Assembly: GCA_964538695.1 (NCBI GenBank)
Contig: CAZIEH010000001.1
Span: 1 to 34,539 of the forward strand
Origin: an uncultured Eubacterium sp.
Lineage (GTDB): Bacteria; Bacillota; Clostridia; Oscillospirales; Acutalibacteraceae
Direction: 5' to 3'
DNA length: 34,539 nucleotides
The notes beneath the pieces were generated by a model, which saw only the letters and a program-made list of their open reading frames with translations, had not been told where the DNA came from and did no database searches. How positions within the stretch are numbered: the stretch's first letter is position 1; each line of letters opens with the position of its first letter. Below are positions 9,923 to 18,238 of this stretch, in pieces. The translations under genes and the position numbers were made by a program.

Positions 9923-10772
9923 ATACAGTGCCCGTTACGGTAAGCGTTACCGCCGATGGTATTACAACCACACTGCCGTCTGCAACACTTTGGGTATAGC
10001 TTGCGGCAGGAACAGTGATTTGCCCTGCAACAGTAGAAAACTCGCCCGTTGCGGTGTTATAGGTGTACCCTGTTCCCTCGGCAAGTGCAGTACCTCCGAG
10101 TGCTACCGCAAGGTCGGAAAGCAACGGATTAAAGGTATCGGTTACGGTTACATCAGCCGCCGCATCTGCCGCGGTATTGCCATAGTTTTGTATGGTGAAG
10201 GTATAGGTCAATCTGCCGTTTTCGCTGACAGGCACGGGTGAAATCGATTTTACTATATTAAGCAGCGGTGCCGATACCGTTCCAACAGTTTCCACAGCTG
10301 TGACAGGTGTTATGCCTCCGCCCGAAACCGTGGCGGTGTTTACTATCGTCGACTCTGTACCAAGCGGCGCAAACCTGTTTGCACGCGCCTCATAAGCTAT
10401 GGTTGCATTACCGTCTGCCGGCACGGAAATGCCGTTTACGGTTAAGGGGTTGGTTTCGGCAACTGTGGGTTCTGCCTGCAAAACGCCGTTTATATAATAC
10501 TTAACCGAGCCCGCAACATAGTCAAGCGGGGTTAAGGTAAGCTCGCCCTGCGTATACTGACCCAAGTTGTCTGTAACGGTCAGACCGTTTATCGCGCTCT
10601 CGCCCGAGTTTACTATGCTAATGATATAGCTTACGGTATCATCGCGACCGTATGAGTCATCAAGTGCGGTTTTGGTAGCAGACAAAACCTCTAAAATCTC
10701 GCCTTCGGCTATATTAGAGTCGGTTGTGCCGCCACTGTAAGAAAGCTGTGCCCTGTTTGTAAATCTTGCCAT
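9921..10772 (-). CDS. DUF11 (conserved repeat domain, TIGR01451-like) protein with two repeats and no signal peptide
   Basis: Two blocks resemble the DUF11 repeat: DDTVSYIISIVNSGESAINGLTVTDNLG and GRLTYTFTIQNYGNTAADAAADVTVTDTF. There is no N-terminal hydrophobic segment, no LPXTG and no TM. GGAGG RBS lies 7 nt before ATG 10770-10772; the 17-codon extension in the track has no RBS. Confidence 0.7.
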   Translation of the reverse strand: MARFTNRAQLSYSGGTTDSNIAEGEILEVLSATKTALDDSYGRDDTVSYIISIVNSGESAINGLTVTDNLGQYTQGELTLTPLDYVAGSVKYYINGVLQAEPTVAETNPLTVNGISVPADGNATIAYEARANRFAPLGTESTIVNTATVSGGGITPVTAVETVGTVSAPLLNIVKSISPVPVSENGRLTYTFTIQNYGNTAADAAADVTVTDTFNPLLSDLAVALGGTALAEGTGYTYNTATGEFSTVAGQITVPAASYTQSVADGSVVVIPSAVTLTVTGTV

Positions 10773-10826
10773 ATTACATTCCTCCGTAATTTTAATATCG
10801 GATATGCATATGCACACCCACACGAC

Positions 10827-10856
10827 ATTTTATGCTAAAGCTCCTCTTTGTGACAA
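10827..10856 (-). promoter_or_regulatory. possible sigma-A-like promoter for the DUF11 gene
   Basis: On the minus strand: TTGTCA (10851-10856), an 18-nt spacer, then TAAAAT (10827-10832). Confidence 0.3.
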
Positions 10857-10863
10857 AATGCTA

Positions 10864-10892
10864 TTGACATATTTTGCGACTTGTAATATTAT
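10864..10892 (+). promoter_or_regulatory. sigma-A-like promoter for the MFS transporter gene
   Basis: TTGACA (10864-10869), a 17-nt spacer, then TATTAT (10887-10892). Confidence 0.45.
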
Positions 10893-10932
10893 TGGAGTTG
10901 TGGAATTTTACACTCAAAGCGGAGGGAATAAA

Positions 10933-12132
10933 ATGAAAAGCCAAAGTCGAAAAAGCGCAACCCTACTTACCGTTTTATTTACGCTTACTTATATGATAAG
11001 CTACATTACGCGGATTAATTACGGGGCGGTTATTTCGGAAATAGAAGCCGAAACCGGCTTTTTAAAAAGCAGTCTTTCGGCGGCACTTACGGGTAGCTTT
11101 ATAACCTACGGTGTCGGTCAGCTTGTAAGCGGATTTTTCGGTGACAGATTTTCGCCCAAAAAGCTTGTTGCGGCAGGGCTTGTGACTACCGTGGCAATAA
11201 ATATTGTTTTGCCGTTTTTTACAGACCCCGTAATTTGGACGGTGCTGTGGTGTATTAACGGCTTTGCACAAAGCTTTATGTGGCCGCCGATGGTAAAGCT
11301 TATGGCGGTTATGCTGAGTCACGAAGAATACAACAACGCCTCGGCAAAGGTTTCGTTCGGCGCAAACTTCGGCACTATTGCGGTTTACCTGCTTTCTCCG
11401 TTAGTTATAATAACAGTGAGTTGGCGCGCGGTTTTCGTCATAAGCGCGGTTTTCGGCATAATTATGACGGTTATCTGGTGCCTGTTTTTAAAAGAGCCAA
11501 CGGATATTGCAAAAAATGCACCTGTTAAGTCAAACGCACAAAAGCCGCGGATTATCTGTGGGGTAATTGTCGCCGCGATGACTGCAATAGCCTTGCAGGG
11601 TATGCTACGCGACGGCGTTACGACCTGGATGCCCTCTTATATTTCCGAAACCTATAATTTCAGCAATGCCGCCGCCATTTTAACAGGCGTTATTTTACCG
11701 ATTTTCAGCCTTGTTTGCATACAGCTTGCCTCAAAGCTTTACATACGGAAATTCAACAACCCCTTGGAATGTGGCGGAATTTTGTTTGCAGTCGGTACTG
11801 CCGCGGCGGTGATTTTGATTTTTGCAACAGGCAGAAGCCCACTGCTTTCGGTAATCGGTGCGGCACTGCTTACAGGTTCTATGCACGGTGTTAATTTTTC
11901 ACTGATATGTATGATACCGCCGTACTTTGCCAAATACGGCACCGTTTCCACCGTATCGGGTATACTTAACGCCTGCACATATATCGGCAGTGCGGTATCA
12001 TCATACGGTATCGCGATATTTTCGCAAAGCTTTGGGTGGAGCAAAACCGTTTTACTGTGGTTGATAATCGCAGTACTCGGCACGCTTGTTTGCGCCGTTG
12101 CCGCAAAGTCCTTTAAAAAGAAATATATGTGA
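10933..12132 (+). CDS. MFS transporter (organophosphate:Pi antiporter/GlpT-UhpC-like)
   Basis: About 12 TM segments. The loop GQLVSGFFGDRFSPKKL matches the MFS G-x-x-x-D-R-x-G-x-(R/K) type motif. GGAGGG RBS lies before ATG 10933; the upstream 43 codons in the track lack an RBS and overlap the promoter. Confidence 0.75.
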   Translation: MKSQSRKSATLLTVLFTLTYMISYITRINYGAVISEIEAETGFLKSSLSAALTGSFITYGVGQLVSGFFGDRFSPKKLVAAGLVTTVAINIVLPFFTDPVIWTVLWCINGFAQSFMWPPMVKLMAVMLSHEEYNNASAKVSFGANFGTIAVYLLSPLVIITVSWRAVFVISAVFGIIMTVIWCLFLKEPTDIAKNAPVKSNAQKPRIICGVIVAAMTAIALQGMLRDGVTTWMPSYISETYNFSNAAAILTGVILPIFSLVCIQLASKLYIRKFNNPLECGGILFAVGTAAAVILIFATGRSPLLSVIGAALLTGSMHGVNFSLICMIPPYFAKYGTVSTVSGILNACTYIGSAVSSYGIAIFSQSFGWSKTVLLWLIIAVLGTLVCAVAAKSFKKKYM

Positions 12133-12161
12133 TTTACGACATACGAAAGGACTGTAAACAT

Positions 12162-13190
12162 ATGGAACAAATCACAAAAAAGAATTACGATGCAATAGAC
12201 CTGCTTAAATTTATTCTGTCTATAATGGTCGTGGCAATTCACACGCGCTTTTTAAAGGAATACACCTTTCCGTGGCTACGCTTGGCGGTGCCGCTGTTCT
12301 TTATTATTTCTGCTTACTTTTTCTTTAAAAAAATTAAGGACAAGTCCGCCGATATACAAAAATCCGCACTTTGGAATTTTACAAAACGCAACCTTGCCCT
12401 TTATTTGTTCTATTTTATACTGTTTTTGCCCGTCACGCTGTACCTTAAACGCGAGGTTATCGCGCGCGGCATTGGGTACACCGTTTTAATATTTTTGCGT
12501 GATTTTTTGCTTGGCGGCACTTTTCGTGCATCTTGGTTTATTATTGCAAATATAATAGGTGTGGCAATAATTTATATGCTGTCCAAAAAGCTCGGCAACG
12601 AGATTATTCTTTTAATTTCGTTTATCATTTATGCCGCAGTCACCGTAAGCTCAAGCTATATGAACTGTTTTTCGGAAAACGGCACAGCCGCCGAGTTTTT
12701 GAAATTCTATATTAAAACCTTTTGCGAGCCGTACAACAGCTTTCCTGCAGGGCTTGTTTGGATAGCGATAGGCAAATGCTTTGCCGACGGCACCTTCAAT
12801 ATAGTGGGCAGAAAGCTGCAAATCGTGCTGTCGATAATCGGCTGTGTAATGCTTTTGGGCGAGCATTACATAATTCAGCAGGTTTTAAAAGTGTCCGATT
12901 ACAGCGACTGCTACTTTGCACTGCTTATCGCCTGCCCACCGATTTTCGCACTTTTCCGCGATATGAATTTACACCTAAAGTCCGCCAAGGCTCTGCGAAA
13001 GCTGAGTGTTATGATATATGCAATACACGGTTCGATAATAATTATCGTTCGTATTTTATTTAAGCCTTTGGGCATTTACCACACGATGTGGGAATTTTTC
13101 GTATCGCTTTTGTTTACCTTTGTTTTATTGCTGATTATATTGGGGATTGAAAAGCTTACAAAGCTTAAATTTTTTAAATATTCGCACTGA
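12162..13190 (+). CDS. acyltransferase family 3 (OatA-like) integral membrane protein
   Basis: The N-terminus DAIDLLKFILSIMVVAIHT resembles the acyltransferase-3 motif (R/D-x-x-D-x-L-(R/K)...H). About 10 TM segments, 342 aa. Confidence 0.65.
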   Translation: MEQITKKNYDAIDLLKFILSIMVVAIHTRFLKEYTFPWLRLAVPLFFIISAYFFFKKIKDKSADIQKSALWNFTKRNLALYLFYFILFLPVTLYLKREVIARGIGYTVLIFLRDFLLGGTFRASWFIIANIIGVAIIYMLSKKLGNEIILLISFIIYAAVTVSSSYMNCFSENGTAAEFLKFYIKTFCEPYNSFPAGLVWIAIGKCFADGTFNIVGRKLQIVLSIIGCVMLLGEHYIIQQVLKVSDYSDCYFALLIACPPIFALFRDMNLHLKSAKALRKLSVMIYAIHGSIIIIVRILFKPLGIYHTMWEFFVSLLFTFVLLLIILGIEKLTKLKFFKYSH

Positions 13191-13197
13191 TATTCCG

Positions 13198-13241
13198 AAA
13201 AAACCACGGTCAGTTCAGCCTTTGAACCGTCCGTGGTTTTT
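13198..13241. terminator. bidirectional rho-independent terminator
   Basis: AAACCACGG (13201-13209) pairs with CCGTGGTTT (13231-13239), flanked by an A-run and a T-run. It serves the convergent acyltransferase and lipoprotein genes. Confidence 0.7.
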
Positions 13242-13668
13242 ATACAATACTGAATTTTGCGTGAAAAACAACGCCTTTTCCGTCACGCAATATTACCTTA
13301 CCGTTTTTATAATTGTGTGCGCTTTTTGAAACTCTCCAATTCCAAGTCACATAGCCGTTTTTGTCGCTTTTCTTGTCACACAATGCCTTAGTATTGCTTT
13401 CGCCCGAGCTGTAAAAGACGCTTATATCATACACTGTTTCCGGCTTGCCGCAGACCGTAAGTGTTGCGGTTTCACCACGCTTAACAACATCGGTATACAT
13501 AATAACGCGAACCGTGCTTAAAACAATGCTTTGCTTGTTATATTCCGAAACCACAGACAAGGCGGCATCGTCGGCACTGCTTGTAAAAACCGATTTTTGC
13601 GCGCAAGCCGCTAAAAGTGTAAACGCCGAAACCAAAAGCAGAGCTGAAATTTTTCTTAATGCCGTCAC
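13240..13668 (-). CDS. small lipoprotein, unknown function
   Basis: Signal peptide with lipobox LLAAC. GTG start behind AGGTGA, which overlaps the stop of the upstream gene. Confidence 0.6.
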   Translation of the reverse strand: MTALRKISALLLVSAFTLLAACAQKSVFTSSADDAALSVVSEYNKQSIVLSTVRVIMYTDVVKRGETATLTVCGKPETVYDISVFYSSGESNTKALCDKKSDKNGYVTWNWRVSKSAHNYKNGKVILRDGKGVVFHAKFSIV

Positions 13669-13676
13669 ACCGTCAC

Positions 13677-14543
13677 CTACCAGTCAGCCTCTTTAACCAT
13701 TTTGCAATAAACAAATGCGGTCAAAACAACAGACAAAGCCACAAGCACAATGCCGACAAGTATCATATACCCAAGCGCGCCGTCTATGTACGAGGTAAGC
13801 ACCGAGGCAATAAGTCGGTTAGATGTAAAACCGCTGTATGAATCGGCACTTAACAAATAAAACGCCATGGGTGCCATAAAAACAATAAGTCCCGCCGCGG
13901 TTATACCGTAAATTACATACCGTAAGGCACGGTGCGGCCAATCATTCAAAATGAACTGTACCACGCCCAAGCCGACAGCCGCAAGAACAAGCACCGCAAG
14001 CGTTATTTTTAGCGGCGTTGCAAGTCTTTCAAATATTGCCGTATAGGCTTCAAGCGCGGGTATTTCAACATAATAACCGTACCTTTTGGCAGCCGCATTT
14101 GCCGCCTGCTTTAAAACAGCACGCTGATTTTCAGTAAGCTTAACGCCGCTGTCTTCAGCAAAATTACACGCCGAAGAATAAAAACCGTCCGTCAGTTTTT
14201 CGGTATCAACAGTATACTTTTCACCTGAAAAACAGCCTCGCACAAATGCGTTTACATCATCATAAATCATTTTTCTGTCAACATTCGCCGCCATAATCGA
14301 GGTGCTTTCGTCCACCTTTTCGGTCGCCGCCACAGCCGCAAGGGTTTTGTTTTCTATTTCGGCAATATCCTTTGTTACCGCGGTGTAAGCACCTGTATAA
14401 TACTCGCTTTTCGAAAAGCAGGATATAAAGTATTCGCCGCGAAACACGGTGGCAAGCAATACGGCAATTATAACCGCGGCGGCAAGGAAATACGCAATCG
14501 CGGCAGAGCGCAGCAGATTGCCTGCTTTTTTACCAATCCTCAT
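13677..14543 (-). CDS. integral membrane protein, unknown function
   Basis: N-terminal TM, an extracytoplasmic domain of about 150 aa, then 3-4 C-terminal TM helices. GGGGGTG RBS overlaps the stop of the upstream 45-codon ORF. Confidence 0.6.
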   Translation of the reverse strand: MRIGKKAGNLLRSAAIAYFLAAAVIIAVLLATVFRGEYFISCFSKSEYYTGAYTAVTKDIAEIENKTLAAVAATEKVDESTSIMAANVDRKMIYDDVNAFVRGCFSGEKYTVDTEKLTDGFYSSACNFAEDSGVKLTENQRAVLKQAANAAAKRYGYYVEIPALEAYTAIFERLATPLKITLAVLVLAAVGLGVVQFILNDWPHRALRYVIYGITAAGLIVFMAPMAFYLLSADSYSGFTSNRLIASVLTSYIDGALGYMILVGIVLVALSVVLTAFVYCKMVKEADW

Positions 14544-14553
14544 ACCGCACCCC

Positions 14554-14691
14554 CTAAATCACAAACAGCAAAGCCGCAATGAACACGGCGGCATATGCTA
14601 TAAGCAAAAAAACAAGCGGTACGGTGAAAAATCCAAACAAAGAAATATGATCGTTATTATCCTGATTTTTCAAAATCATCTTACCTTTCAT
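14554..14691 (-). CDS. 45-codon single-TM membrane peptide (below the ORF-track length cut-off)
   Basis: The minus strand reads MKGKMILKNQDNNDHISLFGFFTVPLVFLLIAYAAVFIAALLFVI. Its TAG stop is embedded in the RBS of the next gene. The internal ATG (Met5, behind AAAGGTAAG) is an alternative start. Confidence 0.35.
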   Translation of the reverse strand: MKGKMILKNQDNNDHISLFGFFTVPLVFLLIAYAAVFIAALLFVI

Positions 14692-14737
14692 TAGGCTTTA
14701 CAGAATAATATTATCACATTTTGAAAATATGTCAACA

Positions 14738-15010
14738 CTAAATAAGCGTTATGACAAGTGCCGCGACAACCGCCACCACCGCCGCGCCGACAATTGCAAC
14801 AACCACACCTGCGCCGCCCTTGCTTTGTGCTTCTTTTACGGGCGGCTTCTCACCAAGCGAAAGCTCGTCAAGATATGCCGCGGCATTCGAGCGAAGCTTG
14901 TTTTCGGCAGTATCGAAGCATTCGGGGCGTATATACAAAATCGCCTTTTCGAAATATGCGTTTTCCATACTGTTTATTTCTATAATCTGCTTGTTTACAC
15001 CACGCAACAT
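14738..15010 (-). CDS. 90-aa C-terminally membrane-anchored protein, unknown function
   Basis: AGGAGG RBS lies 8 nt upstream. The soluble N-terminal ~60 aa is followed by a Gly/Ala/Val-rich TM segment (GAGVVVAIVGAAVVAVVAALVITLI). Confidence 0.6.
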   Translation of the reverse strand: MLRGVNKQIIEINSMENAYFEKAILYIRPECFDTAENKLRSNAAAYLDELSLGEKPPVKEAQSKGGAGVVVAIVGAAVVAVVAALVITLI

Positions 15011-15112
15011 AATACAAAACCTCCTATTTATACTAATTATCGGTAAATATTTTTCGGTTTATTCGAAAAAATCAGCACTTTAAAAAATTTACATTTTAAT
15101 ACTTTAATTTTG

Positions 15113-15141
15113 TTGTACGACAACGGTTTTTATGTTATATT
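15113..15141 (+). promoter_or_regulatory. sigma-A-like promoter for the PpiC foldase genes
   Basis: TTGTAC (15113-15118), a 17-nt spacer, then TATATT (15136-15141). Confidence 0.35.
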
Positions 15142-15183
15142 ATATATGTATAAATAAAAAAGCATAAAGCGGAGGTTTATATA

Positions 15184-16734
15184 ATGGGAAAAGGCAAACG
15201 CACAAAGCAAAACAGTATTGACGAGCAACAGCGCATATCACAGCAGGCGGCACAGGAAAAGCAGGAAACCCGAAATAGCCGCCGAACTGAATATATTGCG
15301 GTAGGCGCGGTTGTTCTGTTTTTTGTTATATGTATTGCGGCAAGTGTGATATATACTTCACTTGACAAAAGCGGCTGGATTGCGCGCAGAACCACGGTTG
15401 CGAAAACTGCGGATTTTAAGGTTGATACCGTTATGGCGCAGTACTTTTTTAACACTGCGGTAGATAACTTTACAACCGAAAACGAAAGCTATGCAACACA
15501 GCTTGGGTTCGACGCAAATGCCGATTTGAAAGAACAACAAATTCCTTATGACGGCACCGATTATGAAACCTGGTACGACTATTTTCACGCAAACACAAGC
15601 GCGCAGATAACCGAGTATCTTACCCTTTGCCAAGCCGCCAAGGACGAGGGAATTACACTTGAAGAAAGCGACAATGCCATTATAGAAAAAACACTTTCGG
15701 CAATTTCAACGGTTGCGGAAGAAAACAATATGACCGTTGACGAATACATTACCGAAACCTACGGTGAAAAAGTCAAAAAAGACGATATTCGCCGTTGTCT
15801 TGAGCTGTCACAGCTTGCATCAAAATATTATTCCAAGCACAGTGCGGACCTTAAATACAGCGACAGTGAAATAGACAGCTATTACACCGAAAATAAGGCA
15901 GACTTTTTACAGTGCGAATATATAACCTACACCTTCACCGCCTCGCAATCGGGCACCGCCAAAAAAATAGCAAGCGCAAAAAGCTATACCGACTTTAAAA
16001 CGATGTTCGAAAGCTTTATTGAAAAGCAAATTTCGTCGGGTGAAGATGCACCGACGGGTGACGACTTGGCCGATGCGGTTGAGGAGGCACTTGACGACTG
16101 CGTTACCACTATGAGCTATGATGTTTCCACAGATGCAGGTGAATGGCTTTTTGCCGAAGGTCGCAAAACGGGCGATATCACGCTTATAAAAGAAAGCGGC
16201 GGCTACCACCTGTACTATGTCACCGAGCCTGCAACGCAGGAAACCTACAAAACCAAAAATGTACGCCATATACTAATCGGCGTGACAGATGACGACACCG
16301 CAGATAAAAAGCGTGCCGATACACTGCTTAAAGAATGGCGCAACGGTGAAAGAACAGAAGAAAGCTTTGCTCTGCTTGCAACCGAAAACACCGATGACAG
16401 CGGTTCTGTTTCGACCGGCGGTCTTTACGAAAATGTTGAAAAGAACCAAATGGTTACCGAGTTTAACGATTGGATTTTCGCCGCAAAGCGTAAAGTAGGC
16501 GACAGCGAGGTCGTAAAGAGCGACTACGGTTACCACATTATGTACTTTGTCGGTGACGGCGTGGTTGCTTGGAAAGCACCTGTAATATCGCAAATGAAGG
16601 AAGAAGACTATAACGAAAAATTAAGCGAGCTTGAAGAAAAATACAGTGTGACCGTAAGTGACAAAAAGCTTGCGAAAATCAAACAGATATTCGACGAAGA
16701 TGCCGCAAGCGATACCGACAGCACGGCGCAGTAA
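15184..16734 (+). CDS. PpiC/parvulin-type peptidyl-prolyl isomerase, TM-anchored (PrsA-like foldase)
   Basis: Basic cytoplasmic tail plus one TM. The C-terminal parvulin domain has VRHILIG, GGLYENVEKNQMVTEFNDWIF and GYHIMYF. GGAGG RBS. Confidence 0.8.
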   Translation: MGKGKRTKQNSIDEQQRISQQAAQEKQETRNSRRTEYIAVGAVVLFFVICIAASVIYTSLDKSGWIARRTTVAKTADFKVDTVMAQYFFNTAVDNFTTENESYATQLGFDANADLKEQQIPYDGTDYETWYDYFHANTSAQITEYLTLCQAAKDEGITLEESDNAIIEKTLSAISTVAEENNMTVDEYITETYGEKVKKDDIRRCLELSQLASKYYSKHSADLKYSDSEIDSYYTENKADFLQCEYITYTFTASQSGTAKKIASAKSYTDFKTMFESFIEKQISSGEDAPTGDDLADAVEEALDDCVTTMSYDVSTDAGEWLFAEGRKTGDITLIKESGGYHLYYVTEPATQETYKTKNVRHILIGVTDDDTADKKRADTLLKEWRNGERTEESFALLATENTDDSGSVSTGGLYENVEKNQMVTEFNDWIFAAKRKVGDSEVVKSDYGYHIMYFVGDGVVAWKAPVISQMKEEDYNEKLSELEEKYSVTVSDKKLAKIKQIFDEDAASDTDSTAQ

Positions 16735-16751
16735 GAAAAGAGGGTTATTCT

Positions 16752-18218
16752 GTGAATTTTAAAAAAATTACGGCTCTTACCGCGGCGGTATGCATTGTTG
16801 CCTCTTGCTTTACCGCCTGCAGCAAAGCCAAAATCGACTATACAGACTCTGCAATGTATACCGAAAACTGTAACATAACCGCAGGTATGACGGAATTTTG
16901 CTTTAACTCGAAATACATTGCGTTTTTAAAAAGCTGTAACGGTTATTTCGACACGGTGGGTATAGACCCCGCAGAGCCGCTGTCGAAACAGGAATGTACC
17001 ATCGACAACAGCTGTGCCACTTGGTACGACTATTTTATGAACGCGGCAAAGCAACAGCTTAAACAAGGCGCGGTTGTTTACGAAAATGCCGTTAAAAACA
17101 ATAAAACCCTAACCGCAGAGGAAAAGAAAAAAGCCGCCGAGGTTTTGGATGAGCTTGAAAATGCGGCAAAGGAGTCCGACATTTCACTTAAAAAGTATTT
17201 ATCGAATAATTACGGTAAAAATGTTACCGAGGAAGATGTTATTCGCTGTTCCGAGCTTGATATGCTTGTGCAAAAGTATTACAGCGATTACAGTAAAAAG
17301 GTTGATACCTCCGACCTTGCGCTTGAAGAATACTTGCTGAACCGTAAAAAAACCTACTGCACGGTAAGCTATATTTTCTTTTCAATACCGGCTGAGGATA
17401 TAACCCCCGGCGCAATGGTTACCGCGAAAGAAACCGCTGATACAATGCTGAAAGATACGACCCCCGAAAAGCTTATAAAAGACATCGGCGATTATGCCGA
17501 AAACTACTATGCAAAAGAGGGTAAAAAAGGCAAGGAGCTTAAAAACAAGGTAACCGAAATTAAAGCCGCGGCGCAAATTACCGATGCCCCCTATGCTTCA
17601 AATGATTTTTCGGTATGGGCATTTGACGATAACCGCGCGCTTTACGACACAATGGTTACCGAAAATTCTGAAACCAACAGCTGCGACTTTTATATGCTGA
17701 CAAAGCTGCCCGAAAGAAAAAATTACCGTGCGGTAAATATGCGCCAAATACAGTTTGATATAGGCGATTACGGCGACAGTGCAAATGCCGAAAAGAAAGC
17801 GAAAGCCTGTCTTGAACTGCTGAAAGAAAACAATTTTGACGACGAAACCTTCACCGATTTCGCAAAGCTGTATTCCAGTGACCAAGCAACCGCAAAAAGC
17901 GGCGGCAAATACACCGCCGTTAAAAAAGGTGAGCTTGTAAAAACACCTGAAATTGAAAAGTGGCTTTTCGATGAAAACCGAAAAGAGGGCGACAGTGCCG
18001 TAATGAAAACAGCAGAATACGGCTGGCATATCGTTTGCTTTGAAAGCTACGGCGAATATGTTTGGAAAACCGAGGTTGCCGCCGACAAAAAAGCCGCCGC
18101 CTTTAAAGCCTATACCGAGGATTTGGGCGACGACACGATGCTGTACGAAAACACTAATGTAATTTACGCCATCAGCGAAACCGACCAATCAAAAAGCTTT
18201 AAAACAACAGAAGAATAG
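16752..18218 (+). CDS. PpiC/parvulin-type peptidyl-prolyl isomerase lipoprotein (PrsA-like), paralog of the upstream gene
   Basis: Lipobox VASCFTAC. Parvulin-like C-terminus (MRQIQF ... GGKYTAVKKGELVKTPEIEKWLF ... GWHIVCF). It shares the WYDYF and YGxxVxxxDxxRCxEL blocks with the upstream gene. GTG start behind AAGAGGG. Confidence 0.75.
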   Translation: MNFKKITALTAAVCIVASCFTACSKAKIDYTDSAMYTENCNITAGMTEFCFNSKYIAFLKSCNGYFDTVGIDPAEPLSKQECTIDNSCATWYDYFMNAAKQQLKQGAVVYENAVKNNKTLTAEEKKKAAEVLDELENAAKESDISLKKYLSNNYGKNVTEEDVIRCSELDMLVQKYYSDYSKKVDTSDLALEEYLLNRKKTYCTVSYIFFSIPAEDITPGAMVTAKETADTMLKDTTPEKLIKDIGDYAENYYAKEGKKGKELKNKVTEIKAAAQITDAPYASNDFSVWAFDDNRALYDTMVTENSETNSCDFYMLTKLPERKNYRAVNMRQIQFDIGDYGDSANAEKKAKACLELLKENNFDDETFTDFAKLYSSDQATAKSGGKYTAVKKGELVKTPEIEKWLFDENRKEGDSAVMKTAEYGWHIVCFESYGEYVWKTEVAADKKAAAFKAYTEDLGDDTMLYENTNVIYAISETDQSKSFKTTEE

Positions 18219-18238
18219 GAAGTGGAAATTTTTAAAAA

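Noticed and set aside
10804-10932. N-terminal extension of the MFS transporter (track start 10804)
   Set aside because: The extension overlaps the divergent promoter region and has no RBS, whereas ATG 10933 follows GGAGGG. The same logic was used to trim nagB (31971 to 32040), the first oxidoreductase (30017 to 30041), copZ (20416 to 20476) and the DUF11 gene (10823 to 10772).
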